From: Anaerolineae bacterium
GTDB lineage: Bacteria; Chloroflexota; Anaerolineae; UBA1429
Direction: 5' to 3'
Length of the DNA stretch: 64,000 nucleotides
Assembly (NCBI GenBank): GCA_963675785.1
Contig: OY776562.1
Coordinates: 1,344,001-1,408,000, forward strand
The position numbers and the translations under genes are program-made. Under the pieces are notes generated by a model that had not been told where the DNA came from, searched no databases, and saw only the letters and a list, made by a program, of their open reading frames with translations. Numbering within the stretch: the stretch's first letter is position 1; every line of letters begins with the position of its first letter. Below are positions 48,030-58,200 of the stretch, piece after piece.

Positions 48030-48284
48030 TCCTAGCTTTCGTCAATATTTTTATTACCAAATTGGTAATATTTTCTGGATATGAGGAATACGCGTAAGTT
48101 AAACAAACGATCGAGCAGAAAAACTATATGCGCATATAATATCATAAACAACCTATCCGATAATACCCTTATAAACAGAATTTTTAAATATAAAATAACA
48201 ACCAAGTGCTTGATTCTTTTTGCCTTTTCCCACAAACAAAAAAAGCGCGGCGAGGTCTCCCTCACCGCGCTCTACATTCACTCC

Positions 48285-50021
48285 CTACTCCTGCCGGGTC
48301 GTCCAAAAACTGCCCGACTCTGCATACTCGCCACCCTCTTCGGCCACACCGCGCGCCGCTTGCTCCTTACGCAACCGGTCATCGGCGTATTCTCGGCCCA
48401 CAATGCGGTTGGGCGGACTCAGGTACAGGTAATAGCCCGAACCGAGCTGGCTGCGGTCGTGCAAATATTCAAACGTCTCCGAGGGCGAATACCCCCGATA
48501 GTCGTGTGGCGTCATGTTCGAGAGCACAATCAGCGAATTATCCGCCTCATCGACGGTCACAATCTCTTCGCGGTAATCGCCGCACACATCCACACAAACC
48601 ATATTGCGGCCAAACACCGCCGTCTCTGGCAGCGTGCCGTCCGGCAAATCCACAATTTCGCCCGATGGCGCCAGTCGCACCACCCGCTTGTTACGCTTGC
48701 GCATCACAAAGCACACCTCGGGGCGGGCATCCCAGTGCACCGGCACAAAGCACTTGCGCTGCTCCTCGGTCAGGTTCTGCCAATGCCGCCCGTTAAAGGC
48801 GAATATCGGGTTGTGCTCCACCTGGCGCATACCAGCATCACCGGCGCCGTATTCCACGCGACCGTCCTCCGCCGTATGAGGCTGCAACCCCTGAATCTGC
48901 GCCGTGTGGCGGGCCACCCAGCCGAAATGCGCATGGCGATAGGGCTCTTTCCACAGCGTGCGCCCCTCGTTGTCCACCAAATACACGCCTGGGTTGTCCC
49001 CCTCCACCGCATACCAAATCTGCTTCCCCGGCAGGCTGCGGTCGATGTAGGCCGGCTTGTTGATATCCGTATGGCCGAACCACTCGGCCTCCCAGCGCAC
49101 CGTGCCGTCGCCGTTGTAACACATGCCACCGCAAATCACTTCTTGCACGCCGTCCTCGTCGATGTCCGCCACATCCAGGTTATGGCCGCCGGGTCGGGTT
49201 TGGTGCACCTGCCAAAACACGCCGCCATCCTCGCCGCGCAGCGCAGTCAGGTCCACCGGCCCGTACGTTTCGTCCTGCACCACCATGCAAGGGGCCTCAT
49301 CCCTGCCTCGCAAATAGGCCAGGGTCATCATCACACGGGATTGCTGAGCCGGCCAGGGTACGCGCCACACCACCTCACCCGTCTCCCCATCCAGACAGGT
49401 CATGGTCTCCCCATCAATGGCCGTGCTGTAATCCTCTGTGGGGTACGCCCCGTCTACAGGGTAATCGTGCACCAGCACCTCAGTGCGGCCATCGTGGTTC
49501 ACATCCCAGGCTGCCCAGGGGCAGTGGTTCATCGAACCATCCCAACCGCCGTGCACCGGCAGATGGGTATCGTATCGCCATAATTGTTTGCCCTCGTGGC
49601 CAATGGCAATCAGCCAGATGGTGCCCCCGCGAGCGCAACGCACCACATAACCCATGCGACCGTTGTTCTCCAAGTCGCCCACGATGATGCCCTGTACATC
49701 GTCATTCAGCGGCAGCGGCACACGTAGCGCTACATTGCTGCGCGGCACGCCAAAGCTCTGCCGCACTGTCTCACTGATGCGTCCCTCACCGTCCACCACG
49801 CGGTAATCGTACGTGCCCTGGTAGGGCTGGTGATCCTCATAGTTGGTGCGGTCGCGCAGGGGCTCAGGCGTCAAACGCTCCCAGCTACCGCTAATATCAC
49901 CTTCCACTGTTGCACGTTCCACCCAAAAGGGCATGTCCGGCGCATCGGATTCCAACAGCCGCCAGGATAGGCACACCGAACCGCCCGTTGCAAGCCCCAC
50001 AAGATAACGATAGATGTCCAT
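48285..50021 (-). CDS. Rhamnogalacturonan lyase (PL11)-like beta-propeller protein
   Basis: LSWRLL..D, TNYED, GDLENNG, DVNHDGRTEV, GHNLDVADIDEDGVQE and DVCGDYREE. Confidence 0.75.
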   Translation of the reverse strand: MDIYRYLVGLATGGSVCLSWRLLESDAPDMPFWVERATVEGDISGSWERLTPEPLRDRTNYEDHQPYQGTYDYRVVDGEGRISETVRQSFGVPRSNVALRVPLPLNDDVQGIIVGDLENNGRMGYVVRCARGGTIWLIAIGHEGKQLWRYDTHLPVHGGWDGSMNHCPWAAWDVNHDGRTEVLVHDYPVDGAYPTEDYSTAIDGETMTCLDGETGEVVWRVPWPAQQSRVMMTLAYLRGRDEAPCMVVQDETYGPVDLTALRGEDGGVFWQVHQTRPGGHNLDVADIDEDGVQEVICGGMCYNGDGTVRWEAEWFGHTDINKPAYIDRSLPGKQIWYAVEGDNPGVYLVDNEGRTLWKEPYRHAHFGWVARHTAQIQGLQPHTAEDGRVEYGAGDAGMRQVEHNPIFAFNGRHWQNLTEEQRKCFVPVHWDARPEVCFVMRKRNKRVVRLAPSGEIVDLPDGTLPETAVFGRNMVCVDVCGDYREEIVTVDEADNSLIVLSNMTPHDYRGYSPSETFEYLHDRSQLGSGYYLYLSPPNRIVGREYADDRLRKEQAARGVAEEGGEYAESGSFWTTRQE

Positions 50022-50034
50022 GAATGTTCCTTGG

Positions 50035-50970
50035 TCAGCAATTGCTCAAACTGTCGATTTGCCCTTTGGTCGTAAGGATAGTCAACGAGCCATAGACGAT
50101 TGGATCATCATCTGGGCCATAAAAGCTAAAGGGCAGATGCTGATTGTGCTCCTGTAGCATCAGTCCCCAACTGCAATGCTCGGCCACACAGACGCGTACA
50201 GCTCGGGCGCCCTCCTCATCTTCTTTAAAATCCTCGTTGCACACCACTGGCTTGCCAAAACGGCGTGCCTCGGCCACGCGTAGCGGAATCTCTTCCACTG
50301 GGGTTTCGTTGAAATGGATGAGCACATAGTCCGCAACCTCGCCCACGACATCCGGCACGTGGCCGTGGCCCAGCGTGCTGGTCGAAACCAGCAGCAGCGG
50401 ATTGGCCTCCTTGGCTATCTGCATCAGTTCCACCTGCCCGGCAGGCTCCTTGAGGATATCGTGCTTGTAGCCGGGGTGTCCGAACTCGTTGGCCACCTCT
50501 AGCAGCACATGCTCATAGCCCTGTTCCAGCAGCCAGGTAGCCGTGGCATACACCCCCGAACGCACCGCATCAGCATCCACCAGTATCCCACTCTGCCGCT
50601 GATAGTACACGCCCAGAATGACGGCCATGCCCAGGTCATCACAAGCCTCAATCACCCGAGCAACGCGGACCATATAGCCTGGTCGTAGCGTACCATCGGG
50701 GTTCAGTGCCGAATTCACCGCACCCTCATAGCCAGGCATACCGCCTTGCAAATTAAGGGTAATGGCCCGCATACCGGCGTTGCGGTATAGGGGCAGCATA
50801 CGCAAAAAAGCTCTGGTATTGGCCTCGGGGTCAAAATCGGGGCGTCCAGAATCCTCAAAGGTGCTGTTCACCGCACGCAAGTTCATCAGCAGTCCCTCAG
50901 CAGCAGCCCCCCGATAGGGCACACTGCCGTTGAGCAGCCACTCATTGCCACAAATAGCAATACGCGTCAA
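50035..50970 (-). CDS. Glycoside-hydrolase-like TIM-barrel protein (clan GH-A-like)
   Basis: EVANE and KPVVCNED motifs. Confidence 0.65.
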   Translation of the reverse strand: MTRIAICGNEWLLNGSVPYRGAAAEGLLMNLRAVNSTFEDSGRPDFDPEANTRAFLRMLPLYRNAGMRAITLNLQGGMPGYEGAVNSALNPDGTLRPGYMVRVARVIEACDDLGMAVILGVYYQRQSGILVDADAVRSGVYATATWLLEQGYEHVLLEVANEFGHPGYKHDILKEPAGQVELMQIAKEANPLLLVSTSTLGHGHVPDVVGEVADYVLIHFNETPVEEIPLRVAEARRFGKPVVCNEDFKEDEEGARAVRVCVAEHCSWGLMLQEHNQHLPFSFYGPDDDPIVYGSLTILTTKGQIDSLSNC

Positions 50971-50982
50971 GAGTATTCTCCT

Positions 50983-51807
50983 TCAATTAGCCTGGCTAAT
51001 GCAGAGTATATTACGTGCTTGTTCGGGCGTGGCAACCTCTAAACCCATAATGCGAATGAATTGTGCTAAATGTGCCACCATATCAGCATTGCGCATATAG
51101 GGTCTGCCCGGAATCACCGAATAGCTATTCTCATAGCCGATGCGCACAAACGTTGCGCCACTACTCAAAGCAAAAGAAACCAGTGACAGATCGCGCATGG
51201 GGTACTCTGATAGTCCCCACAGCGTATCCGGCGCAATCCACTTGCGCAGCGTCCAAACAGCGGTGGAAGTGGCCGGCATAATCCCCGGATAGCCCAGTGT
51301 AAAGCCATAGAAAAGGGGTTGAGGCAACAAGCCCTCTTGCGCCAGCGTTCGCACATTGGCCACCATGCTCACATCAGAAATCTCTAGCTCTGTCCTCACA
51401 TTGGCCTGCATGATTCGCTCGGCCCAATATCTAAGGTCGGGCCTCGTGTTGATATAGACCAACTCGCCTATATTGGTAGAGCCCATATTGAGCTGAACAA
51501 CCTCAACACGAGGATCGTGGAGACAGGCACAGTGATCTTCCTCGCCCCAAGTGCTTGGCCCGCAGGTCGTGCTCTGAATGACGATATCATCCTGCTGGCG
51601 GATCAAATCGAGTGTGGCGCTAAAAATGGATGGATCCGCCGTGGGCTGTCCGCAGTCATCGCGCACGTGCAAATGCACCATGCTGGCCCCCTGCTCAGCG
51701 CAAGCATGAATATCCTCGGCCAACTCCTGCGGATCAACCGGGTTGGGCAAAATCGCTGGCGGGTTCTCTGCTACTGGGGATACAACAATAACAATGGGTT
51801 TTGCCAT
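50983..51807 (-). CDS. BKACE (3-keto-5-aminohexanoate cleavage, DUF849) family protein
   Basis: GASMVHLHVRD, LNMGS, RIGYEN and ATPEQARNIL. Confidence 0.88.
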   Translation of the reverse strand: MAKPIVIVVSPVAENPPAILPNPVDPQELAEDIHACAEQGASMVHLHVRDDCGQPTADPSIFSATLDLIRQQDDIVIQSTTCGPSTWGEEDHCACLHDPRVEVVQLNMGSTNIGELVYINTRPDLRYWAERIMQANVRTELEISDVSMVANVRTLAQEGLLPQPLFYGFTLGYPGIMPATSTAVWTLRKWIAPDTLWGLSEYPMRDLSLVSFALSSGATFVRIGYENSYSVIPGRPYMRNADMVAHLAQFIRIMGLEVATPEQARNILCISQAN

Positions 51808-51818
51808 AGCGTCCTTGC

Positions 51819-52637
51819 CTATCCAATACCGAGAATATTGCGGGCTTGCTCAGGCGTGGCCACTTCACGTCCCATACCATGGATCATGCGTACCACCGCA
51901 TCCACGACATCGACATTGTTCAGCCAGGGGCTTTGCTCCAACATGCCATAGCAGGTTTCCATTCCCACGCGAATGCACGTAGCCCCGATGGATACCGCAA
52001 AGGTAGCCAAATTCAAATCGAGCACGTGCTGCTGCGCCAGTCCCCACAAATGGCCCTTGGGCACGTAACGCAGCAACGACCACAGGCCATCGGGTGAGGC
52101 CGGCATGCTACCGGGCATCCCCACCGACAGGCTGTAAAAGCGCTTCTCTGGGAGCAATCCCTCTGCCGCAATCAGATCCGCCGTGCACATCATGCCAATG
52201 TCCGAACAGCGCAATTCGGGGTAAACGCCAGCTTGCTGTATGCATTGGGCAAAGTAACGAATATCCGATAGCGAGCAGATGAACTTGCTGTCCATCACAT
52301 TAAAAGTGCCCATATTGAGCACCGCCACTTCTGTACGTGGTTCATTCAACGCAGGGCAGCGTTCCTCCCGTGGTACCTGGAAGGAACGATCTCCCGTTGA
52401 GGCATGAATGATGACATCGCCGCGCGCTGAAATCTCGTCCAACGTCTCGGAATACACATCCGTCTCGCCGACCTGCCAGCCCTCTCGATTGCACACATGC
52501 AGATGCACCATGCTGGCCCCGGCAAGCATACAAGAATAAACATCCTCCGCTACTTCTACGGGGTCAAACAGCAGGGGCGGTCGTTGCGGCGCACGCCGCT
52601 CAATGGGAGCCACGCAAACAATGACAGGCTCTATCAT
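51819..52637 (-). CDS. BKACE family protein (paralogue)
   Basis: GASMVHLHV, LNMGT, RVGMET and ATPEQARNILG; start reassigned to MIEPVIV. Confidence 0.88.
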   Translation of the reverse strand: MIEPVIVCVAPIERRAPQRPPLLFDPVEVAEDVYSCMLAGASMVHLHVCNREGWQVGETDVYSETLDEISARGDVIIHASTGDRSFQVPREERCPALNEPRTEVAVLNMGTFNVMDSKFICSLSDIRYFAQCIQQAGVYPELRCSDIGMMCTADLIAAEGLLPEKRFYSLSVGMPGSMPASPDGLWSLLRYVPKGHLWGLAQQHVLDLNLATFAVSIGATCIRVGMETCYGMLEQSPWLNNVDVVDAVVRMIHGMGREVATPEQARNILGIG

Positions 52638-52971
52638 GCCGCAAGCCTCTGCGCACGTGGTTTTGAAAAAGCGGGCAGGATGCGTGATGAGCAAACAGGC
52701 GCCTTGCTTGCGCAATAATCGCAAGGCACTATGGCCGATCCGGCAGCATCGGCCAATTCCTTCAGGGCAGCGTAGCGCTCGGCACGTATCAACATGGTTG
52801 CCTCCCTGGAACCAACGCAGAGATTGTAAACGCAACCGCCATTGAGTACAAGCCCAAATATGTATAATGGCCTAGCCTTCCACCAAAGCGAGACCGACAG
52901 CCCCGCGCTATTGCCTTCCCTCCCACTTTGCCTATAATGCCCCCGTGCCGAACACAGGAGAAGACAACGCC

Positions 52972-54504
52972 ATGCCGCATCCCGCCAACCCAACCGAGTC
53001 CGCTGAGAGCCCGCTTTCTTTAGAGATCGCCCGCTGGCAGCAGGCCTGCACGGCCCAGCGCCGCCAACTTGCCGCCGATCCCCACTGGCCACGCTATCAC
53101 CTGACGGCCCCCCAAGGCTGGATGAACGATCCTTGCGGGCCCACTTACTGGCAGGGGCAGTACCACCTGTTCTACCAGTGGGATCCCGAGGCCACGGCCT
53201 ACCCCTATGATCCGGCCCGTATTTGCTGGGGACACGCCGTCAGCGACGATCTGGTGCACTGGCGCGATCTGCCCATCGCCGTTTGGCCCGATTCCCCCTG
53301 GGATCGCGGCGGCGCCCACTCCGGCAACATCGTCATCGACGACCAGGGCCGCCCTACCATGCTCTACACCGGCACAGTGGTGGTGCGCAAGGTGCGCTAT
53401 GGCATGTTGGCCCGCAGCACCGATAACATGCTCACCTGGCAAAAGCAGATGGTCATCGACGCCACCCCGCCCTGGCCCGGCACCACCGCCATCCACGATG
53501 CCCACGTGTGGAAGGAAAACGGCCTGTGGTGGTGGCTTACCGGCGGCAACCGCGATGGTAAGGGCGCCACGCCCCTCTACAGTTCGCCCGATCTGGAGCA
53601 TTGGAACTACCGCAGCTGCCTGTTCACCGATGACCGCTATGCCAACTGGTTCGAATGCCCTTGCCTCATCCCTTTGTGCGATGCTAACGGCCTGCCCACC
53701 GACCAGCACGAGGGCACCGAGCGCTTTATGCTGCTGGCCTGCACCCACCCCGTGCGCTATTGGGCGGGCACCTATAACCGCCAAACCCTGACCTTTGCGC
53801 CGGATGATCCCGAAGCAGACATCATCGACTATTCCAACACCCTCTACGCCCCCAATCCGGATTGCGTCGATGATCGAGGCCCCGGCAGCAGCACTCGCCG
53901 CCTCATGTTCGGCTGGGTTCTGCAGGGCTCCCCGACCGCCAATGTCCCCTATTGGGAGGGGGTTCAGGCCCTGCCGCGGGTGCTCACCTGGGACGGCGCA
54001 CGTCTCATCCAGCAGCCCATCCCTGAACTGGCCGCCCTCCGTGAGGAGCACCACACCTATGAGAACCTGTGTCTGTCTGCGGACGAACGACGTATTCTGC
54101 CCGAGTTGCGCGGCGATTCGCTGGAAATCATCGCCGAGTTCGACTTGGCCGCCAGCAGTGCCCACAAACTGGGCCTCGAACTGCGCTGCTCTGCCGATGG
54201 CCAAACCGCCACCCGCATCTGGTACGATACCACCACCGGCGAGTTCGGCGTGGATGGCAATGTCAGCCTCTCTGCCCAGTACAACGGCGTCATCACTGGC
54301 GGCCCCGCTGGCCTAGAGCCAGGGCAACCCTTGCGTATGCACCTCTTCCTCGATCGCTCCGTGCTGGAAGTATTCGTCAACGGTTATGTGCAAACCGAAC
54401 GCCTCTTTGCTGATGAGGATTGCCTGGGCGTAGCCCTCTTTGCCGAGGGTGACGAGGCGGTGTTGCGCCGTCTGGATGGCTGGAGGATGGGCAGTATTTG
54501 GTAA
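52972..54504 (+). CDS. GH32 glycoside hydrolase (beta-fructosidase family)
   Basis: WMNDP, HLFYQ, WGHA, FECP and DRSVLEVF; the RDP motif appears as HDA. Confidence 0.9.
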   Translation: MPHPANPTESAESPLSLEIARWQQACTAQRRQLAADPHWPRYHLTAPQGWMNDPCGPTYWQGQYHLFYQWDPEATAYPYDPARICWGHAVSDDLVHWRDLPIAVWPDSPWDRGGAHSGNIVIDDQGRPTMLYTGTVVVRKVRYGMLARSTDNMLTWQKQMVIDATPPWPGTTAIHDAHVWKENGLWWWLTGGNRDGKGATPLYSSPDLEHWNYRSCLFTDDRYANWFECPCLIPLCDANGLPTDQHEGTERFMLLACTHPVRYWAGTYNRQTLTFAPDDPEADIIDYSNTLYAPNPDCVDDRGPGSSTRRLMFGWVLQGSPTANVPYWEGVQALPRVLTWDGARLIQQPIPELAALREEHHTYENLCLSADERRILPELRGDSLEIIAEFDLAASSAHKLGLELRCSADGQTATRIWYDTTTGEFGVDGNVSLSAQYNGVITGGPAGLEPGQPLRMHLFLDRSVLEVFVNGYVQTERLFADEDCLGVALFAEGDEAVLRRLDGWRMGSIW

Positions 54505-54616
54505 TTCTGCCCAAAAGGGGCTGAAAAACGCACAGTTTTACGCGAGATTTCCTTCTAGCGCTTGACCAAATCTTTTTCCGCATGCACAATATAGCCGGAA
54601 GGGAAGGAACCGCACC

Positions 54617-55141
54617 ATGAACCAGGCATGCAAGCTCGTTGAAAAGGGCATAGAGCATTACCGCATCCGCTCGTTGGACGACGCAGCGGCGTATCTTGTA
54701 CGTGGCCTGGAAGTGGACCCCACGCAGAGTGAGGGCTGGTACTTTCTCGGGCTCACCCGCCACAGCCAGGGCCGCCTGGCTGAAGCCGAAGAGGCTCTCA
54801 CCCGGGTGATCGAACTACAAAAGACGCGCCTGCTGGCTGCCTACAAACGACGGGGCTATATCCGCCTGGATCGTGGCTCGCTGCTGGCTGCCGCCGCCGA
54901 TTTCTCCACCGCCATCGTCATCTCCCCCGACGATTGGCGCAGCCACAACATGCTCGGCCTGGTGCAAATAGAACAAGAGCACCCCTGCAGAGCCGCCGAG
55001 TCCTTCCGCCAGGCGCTGGCACTGCTCCCCGCTAATGCCGATGCCGATGCTCGCGAAATAAGCGCCAACCTGGCCCGCGCCCTGCGCCTCATCGACCCCG
55101 CCTTTGTCCACGCTGAAGTTGTCGCTGTTAGCGTTCAGTAA
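54617..55141 (+). CDS. TPR-repeat protein
   Basis: GWYFLGLTRHS, RRGYIR and HNMLGLV. Confidence 0.8.
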   Translation: MNQACKLVEKGIEHYRIRSLDDAAAYLVRGLEVDPTQSEGWYFLGLTRHSQGRLAEAEEALTRVIELQKTRLLAAYKRRGYIRLDRGSLLAAAADFSTAIVISPDDWRSHNMLGLVQIEQEHPCRAAESFRQALALLPANADADAREISANLARALRLIDPAFVHAEVVAVSVQ

Positions 55142-55158
55142 GGGTGTATAGAATAGAT

Positions 55159-55184
55159 AAAATCCGCCGGGAGGCGGTTTTTTT
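55159..55184 (+). terminator. Intrinsic terminator
   Basis: CCGCC-ggga-GGCGG followed by T7. Confidence 0.7.
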
Positions 55185-55287
55185 ATTCTGGAAGCATAAC
55201 CCCTTGCGTAAGCAACACACTCCCAGTAAAATAAACTCCAGTGAGCTGCAGCTAACCTAAACTCAACGGCTTAATCACGGGAGTGCC

Positions 55288-58200
55288 ATGCATATCACCA
55301 ACGAAGTCGACCTGCCTGATGAACTGATCCAAGCCCAACGAGAGGGCAAACTCGTCATCTTTGCGGGATCTGGAGTATCGAAAGGTCCGCCAGCCAACCT
55401 GCCCAACTTTCAGGAACTGGTCGACGAGATCGATCCTACTAGAGGGAACCGCAAGGACTATGATAGGTTCCTGGGCGAGCGCGAAGACGCAGGAGTACCA
55501 ATTAGAGAGAAAACTCGACAGATACTTGGAAAGAAAGACATCCCGTTCACACCGCTTCACTTGGCCTTACTGCAGCTCTTTCCCAACCCCGAGCAGGTGC
55601 GCATCGTTACCACCAACCTTGACCGTCTTTTCTCGGACGCGGCTGAACAGGCGTTCGATACCAGTCTGGATACTTACTATGCCCCCGCACTCCCATTGGG
55701 TCGCGAATTCCATGGGTTGGTCTATCTTCATGGAAGCGTAGACAAAGACAACAGCCGTATGGTGCTTACCGACAAGGACTTTGGCAGGGCTTACATCACT
55801 GACGGCTGGGCCACTTCTTTCCTTTGCACGCTGTTTGCTACATACGCCGTTCTGTTCGTCGGCTACAGCCACAAGGATATTGTCATGCAATACCTTGCAC
55901 GTGGCTTGGCCCCCCAGACAAAGCCGCGTTTTGCACTGACTAACTCTCTCAATGAAAAACTGGCGGTCGCAGAGAACAACGCTTACTGGAACCATATGAG
56001 AATTAAGCCAGTGTTTTATCCCTGTGACGAATCCATTGGGCATATCGAATTGACGAACGCAATGCAAGCCTGGGCCAAGCAAATCCACATGGGAGCTCTA
56101 GATCACGCCCGCCGAGTACAACAACTGGTTACGATGAGTGCCATCGACGACAAGAGCACATGGCCATCTCTGGTTCCAGAAGAGGAAGACTATTTGGATA
56201 TTGCACTGAGGACGGAGGATAGAGTGATTCACTTTGTCCGAAAAGCCGATAACCTTGCCTGGCTAAACTGGGTCGCTTCACGACGTTGGTTTCCCAAACT
56301 CTTTGAACCAGCCCCAGAAAAGGACTCGAAGGACAACCCACTTCCCAACCTTCCGCCTAAAGCAGAAGAGCAACTCGCGCAATGGCTAGCACACACTTAC
56401 CTCAGCCGGATGCCGGGCGAATTGGTTGCCATCCTACGCGCCCAGCAGCAACAAAACCGGACGCTGGGGCATCAATTGTGGCACGCTCTGGCCTTGGAAC
56501 TGGGTAGCACTCCCTCTCTTGACGCGATGAGCAAAACCGTACTGATATCCCTTCTTCTTGATACGAGTCAACCTGGCTGGGATACCCAACGTCTGGTTTG
56601 GACACTCGAAGAATGCCGCTATCCCGAAGATCGGGATACCGCCCTCATTTTATTCGATTATCTCACAGCACCACACGCAAAACTCACACAGTCCTACTTT
56701 GAGAACACAAGCAAGAATTCTGCACTCTCAAGAACAGATATCGATCTGGCTTTGGCAGGAGACGAGTACGCACTGAACGAGGCCTGGCAAAATTACTTTT
56801 TGCCACACCTTGACGAAACGGCATCAATAATAGAACCTATCGTAACCACCAATCTACTCAAAGCTCACGTAATCCTGCAAGGAGCAGGAAAAGCAAGGGA
56901 AAACTCTGACCCGATCAGTTACCGGCGTGACAAGATCGCATCCACGCGCGAAGAGCAGCCATACTTTCGTGAATCCATTGATATTCTGATAGATGCTGCG
57001 CGCGACATTATTGAGGCTCTACTGCACACTAATTCCTCTAGGGCAGAGGCTGTCATAGATGCCTGGGCTAACTCAGAAGCGATGCTCTTGCGTCGTCTTG
57101 CTGTCCACGGTGTCGAAAAGAGTGACCGAACCGCGGAGGAAAAGATCGACTGGATTCTCAACCGAGACTTGCTCTACCAACCAGGTCTGAAATCAGAAGT
57201 TTTCTCCCTACTAGGCATAGCGTTCCCAAGTGCAAGTCCGGAGGCCCAAAAGCACTTGCTTGCCACGATTGATCGCGGCCCGCATTGTGAACATGTTCAT
57301 CCGTCACAGCAGAAAGCATCAGACCGTAAGCATTACGAGCTTCTTGTATGGCTTGACCGGCACTTACCAGGGCATGTTCTGGTAACAGAACAGCTTGAGA
57401 ACATCAAAACCAGACATCCGGATTTTATCCCACCCAAACATCCCGAGTATAACGGGCTTCGTATTGAGGTAGAAAACGGCAAGATCATTAGCCCCTTCTC
57501 TAGTAATCAGCTCTACGCTATGCAGCCAGGTGATATCGTCGATGCCTTGCCCAATTTTCCCAAAGTGGGATGGGATGAACCCGATCAAGAAGGTCTTCTA
57601 AGAGAGATTACCGCAGCGACAACTGAGAAATTCAACTTTGGCCTCGCACTCGCACAAACTCTAGTCGAGCACGAAGACTGGAATTCGTCGATCTGGCAAG
57701 CTCTTTTGCGAGGCTTGGAAAAAGCCAACTTGAATACAGAACAGTGGACGCAGATATTAGATCTGCTGAGCCATATTCAAGAACCTCATGCTAGTGCCAA
57801 GGAGATAGCAAACCTGCTATTAGCCGGCGCAAGAAACGACCCTAGCTTTAGTTCGATCCAGCTTGACCAGGTAGAAGGTATCTCTGACCGCATCTTTGAA
57901 TCAGCCAAGCGAGATAACTCCGCGATTACCGACGATGACTTGGGCTTTGTCGCATTGAACCATACCTGCGGAACAATCGCCCAGCTCTGGATGCAGACGC
58001 TCTTTTCTAGACGCCGCTTTGCTAAAGATACGTGGCAGGGTTTACCCCAAAGTTACAAGAAACGCTTCAAGGATATACTCTCTGGAGATTCTCTGGGAGC
58101 AGGGTTTGCATTTATCATGTTGATGCAAGCCCTTGCCCAGATAGCTCAACTCGACACAGAGTGGACCAGAACGAATCTGCTGCCACTTCTCGATTGGTCA

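Noticed and set aside
48081-49583. 500-aa plus-strand ORF
   Set aside because: Antisense shadow of the PL11-like gene; no recognisable motifs, and it starts in AT-rich intergenic DNA
53020-54204. 394-aa minus-strand ORF, and similar long antisense ORFs over the pyr, RM and radical SAM genes
   Set aside because: Shadows of well-supported genes caused by GC-rich codon bias
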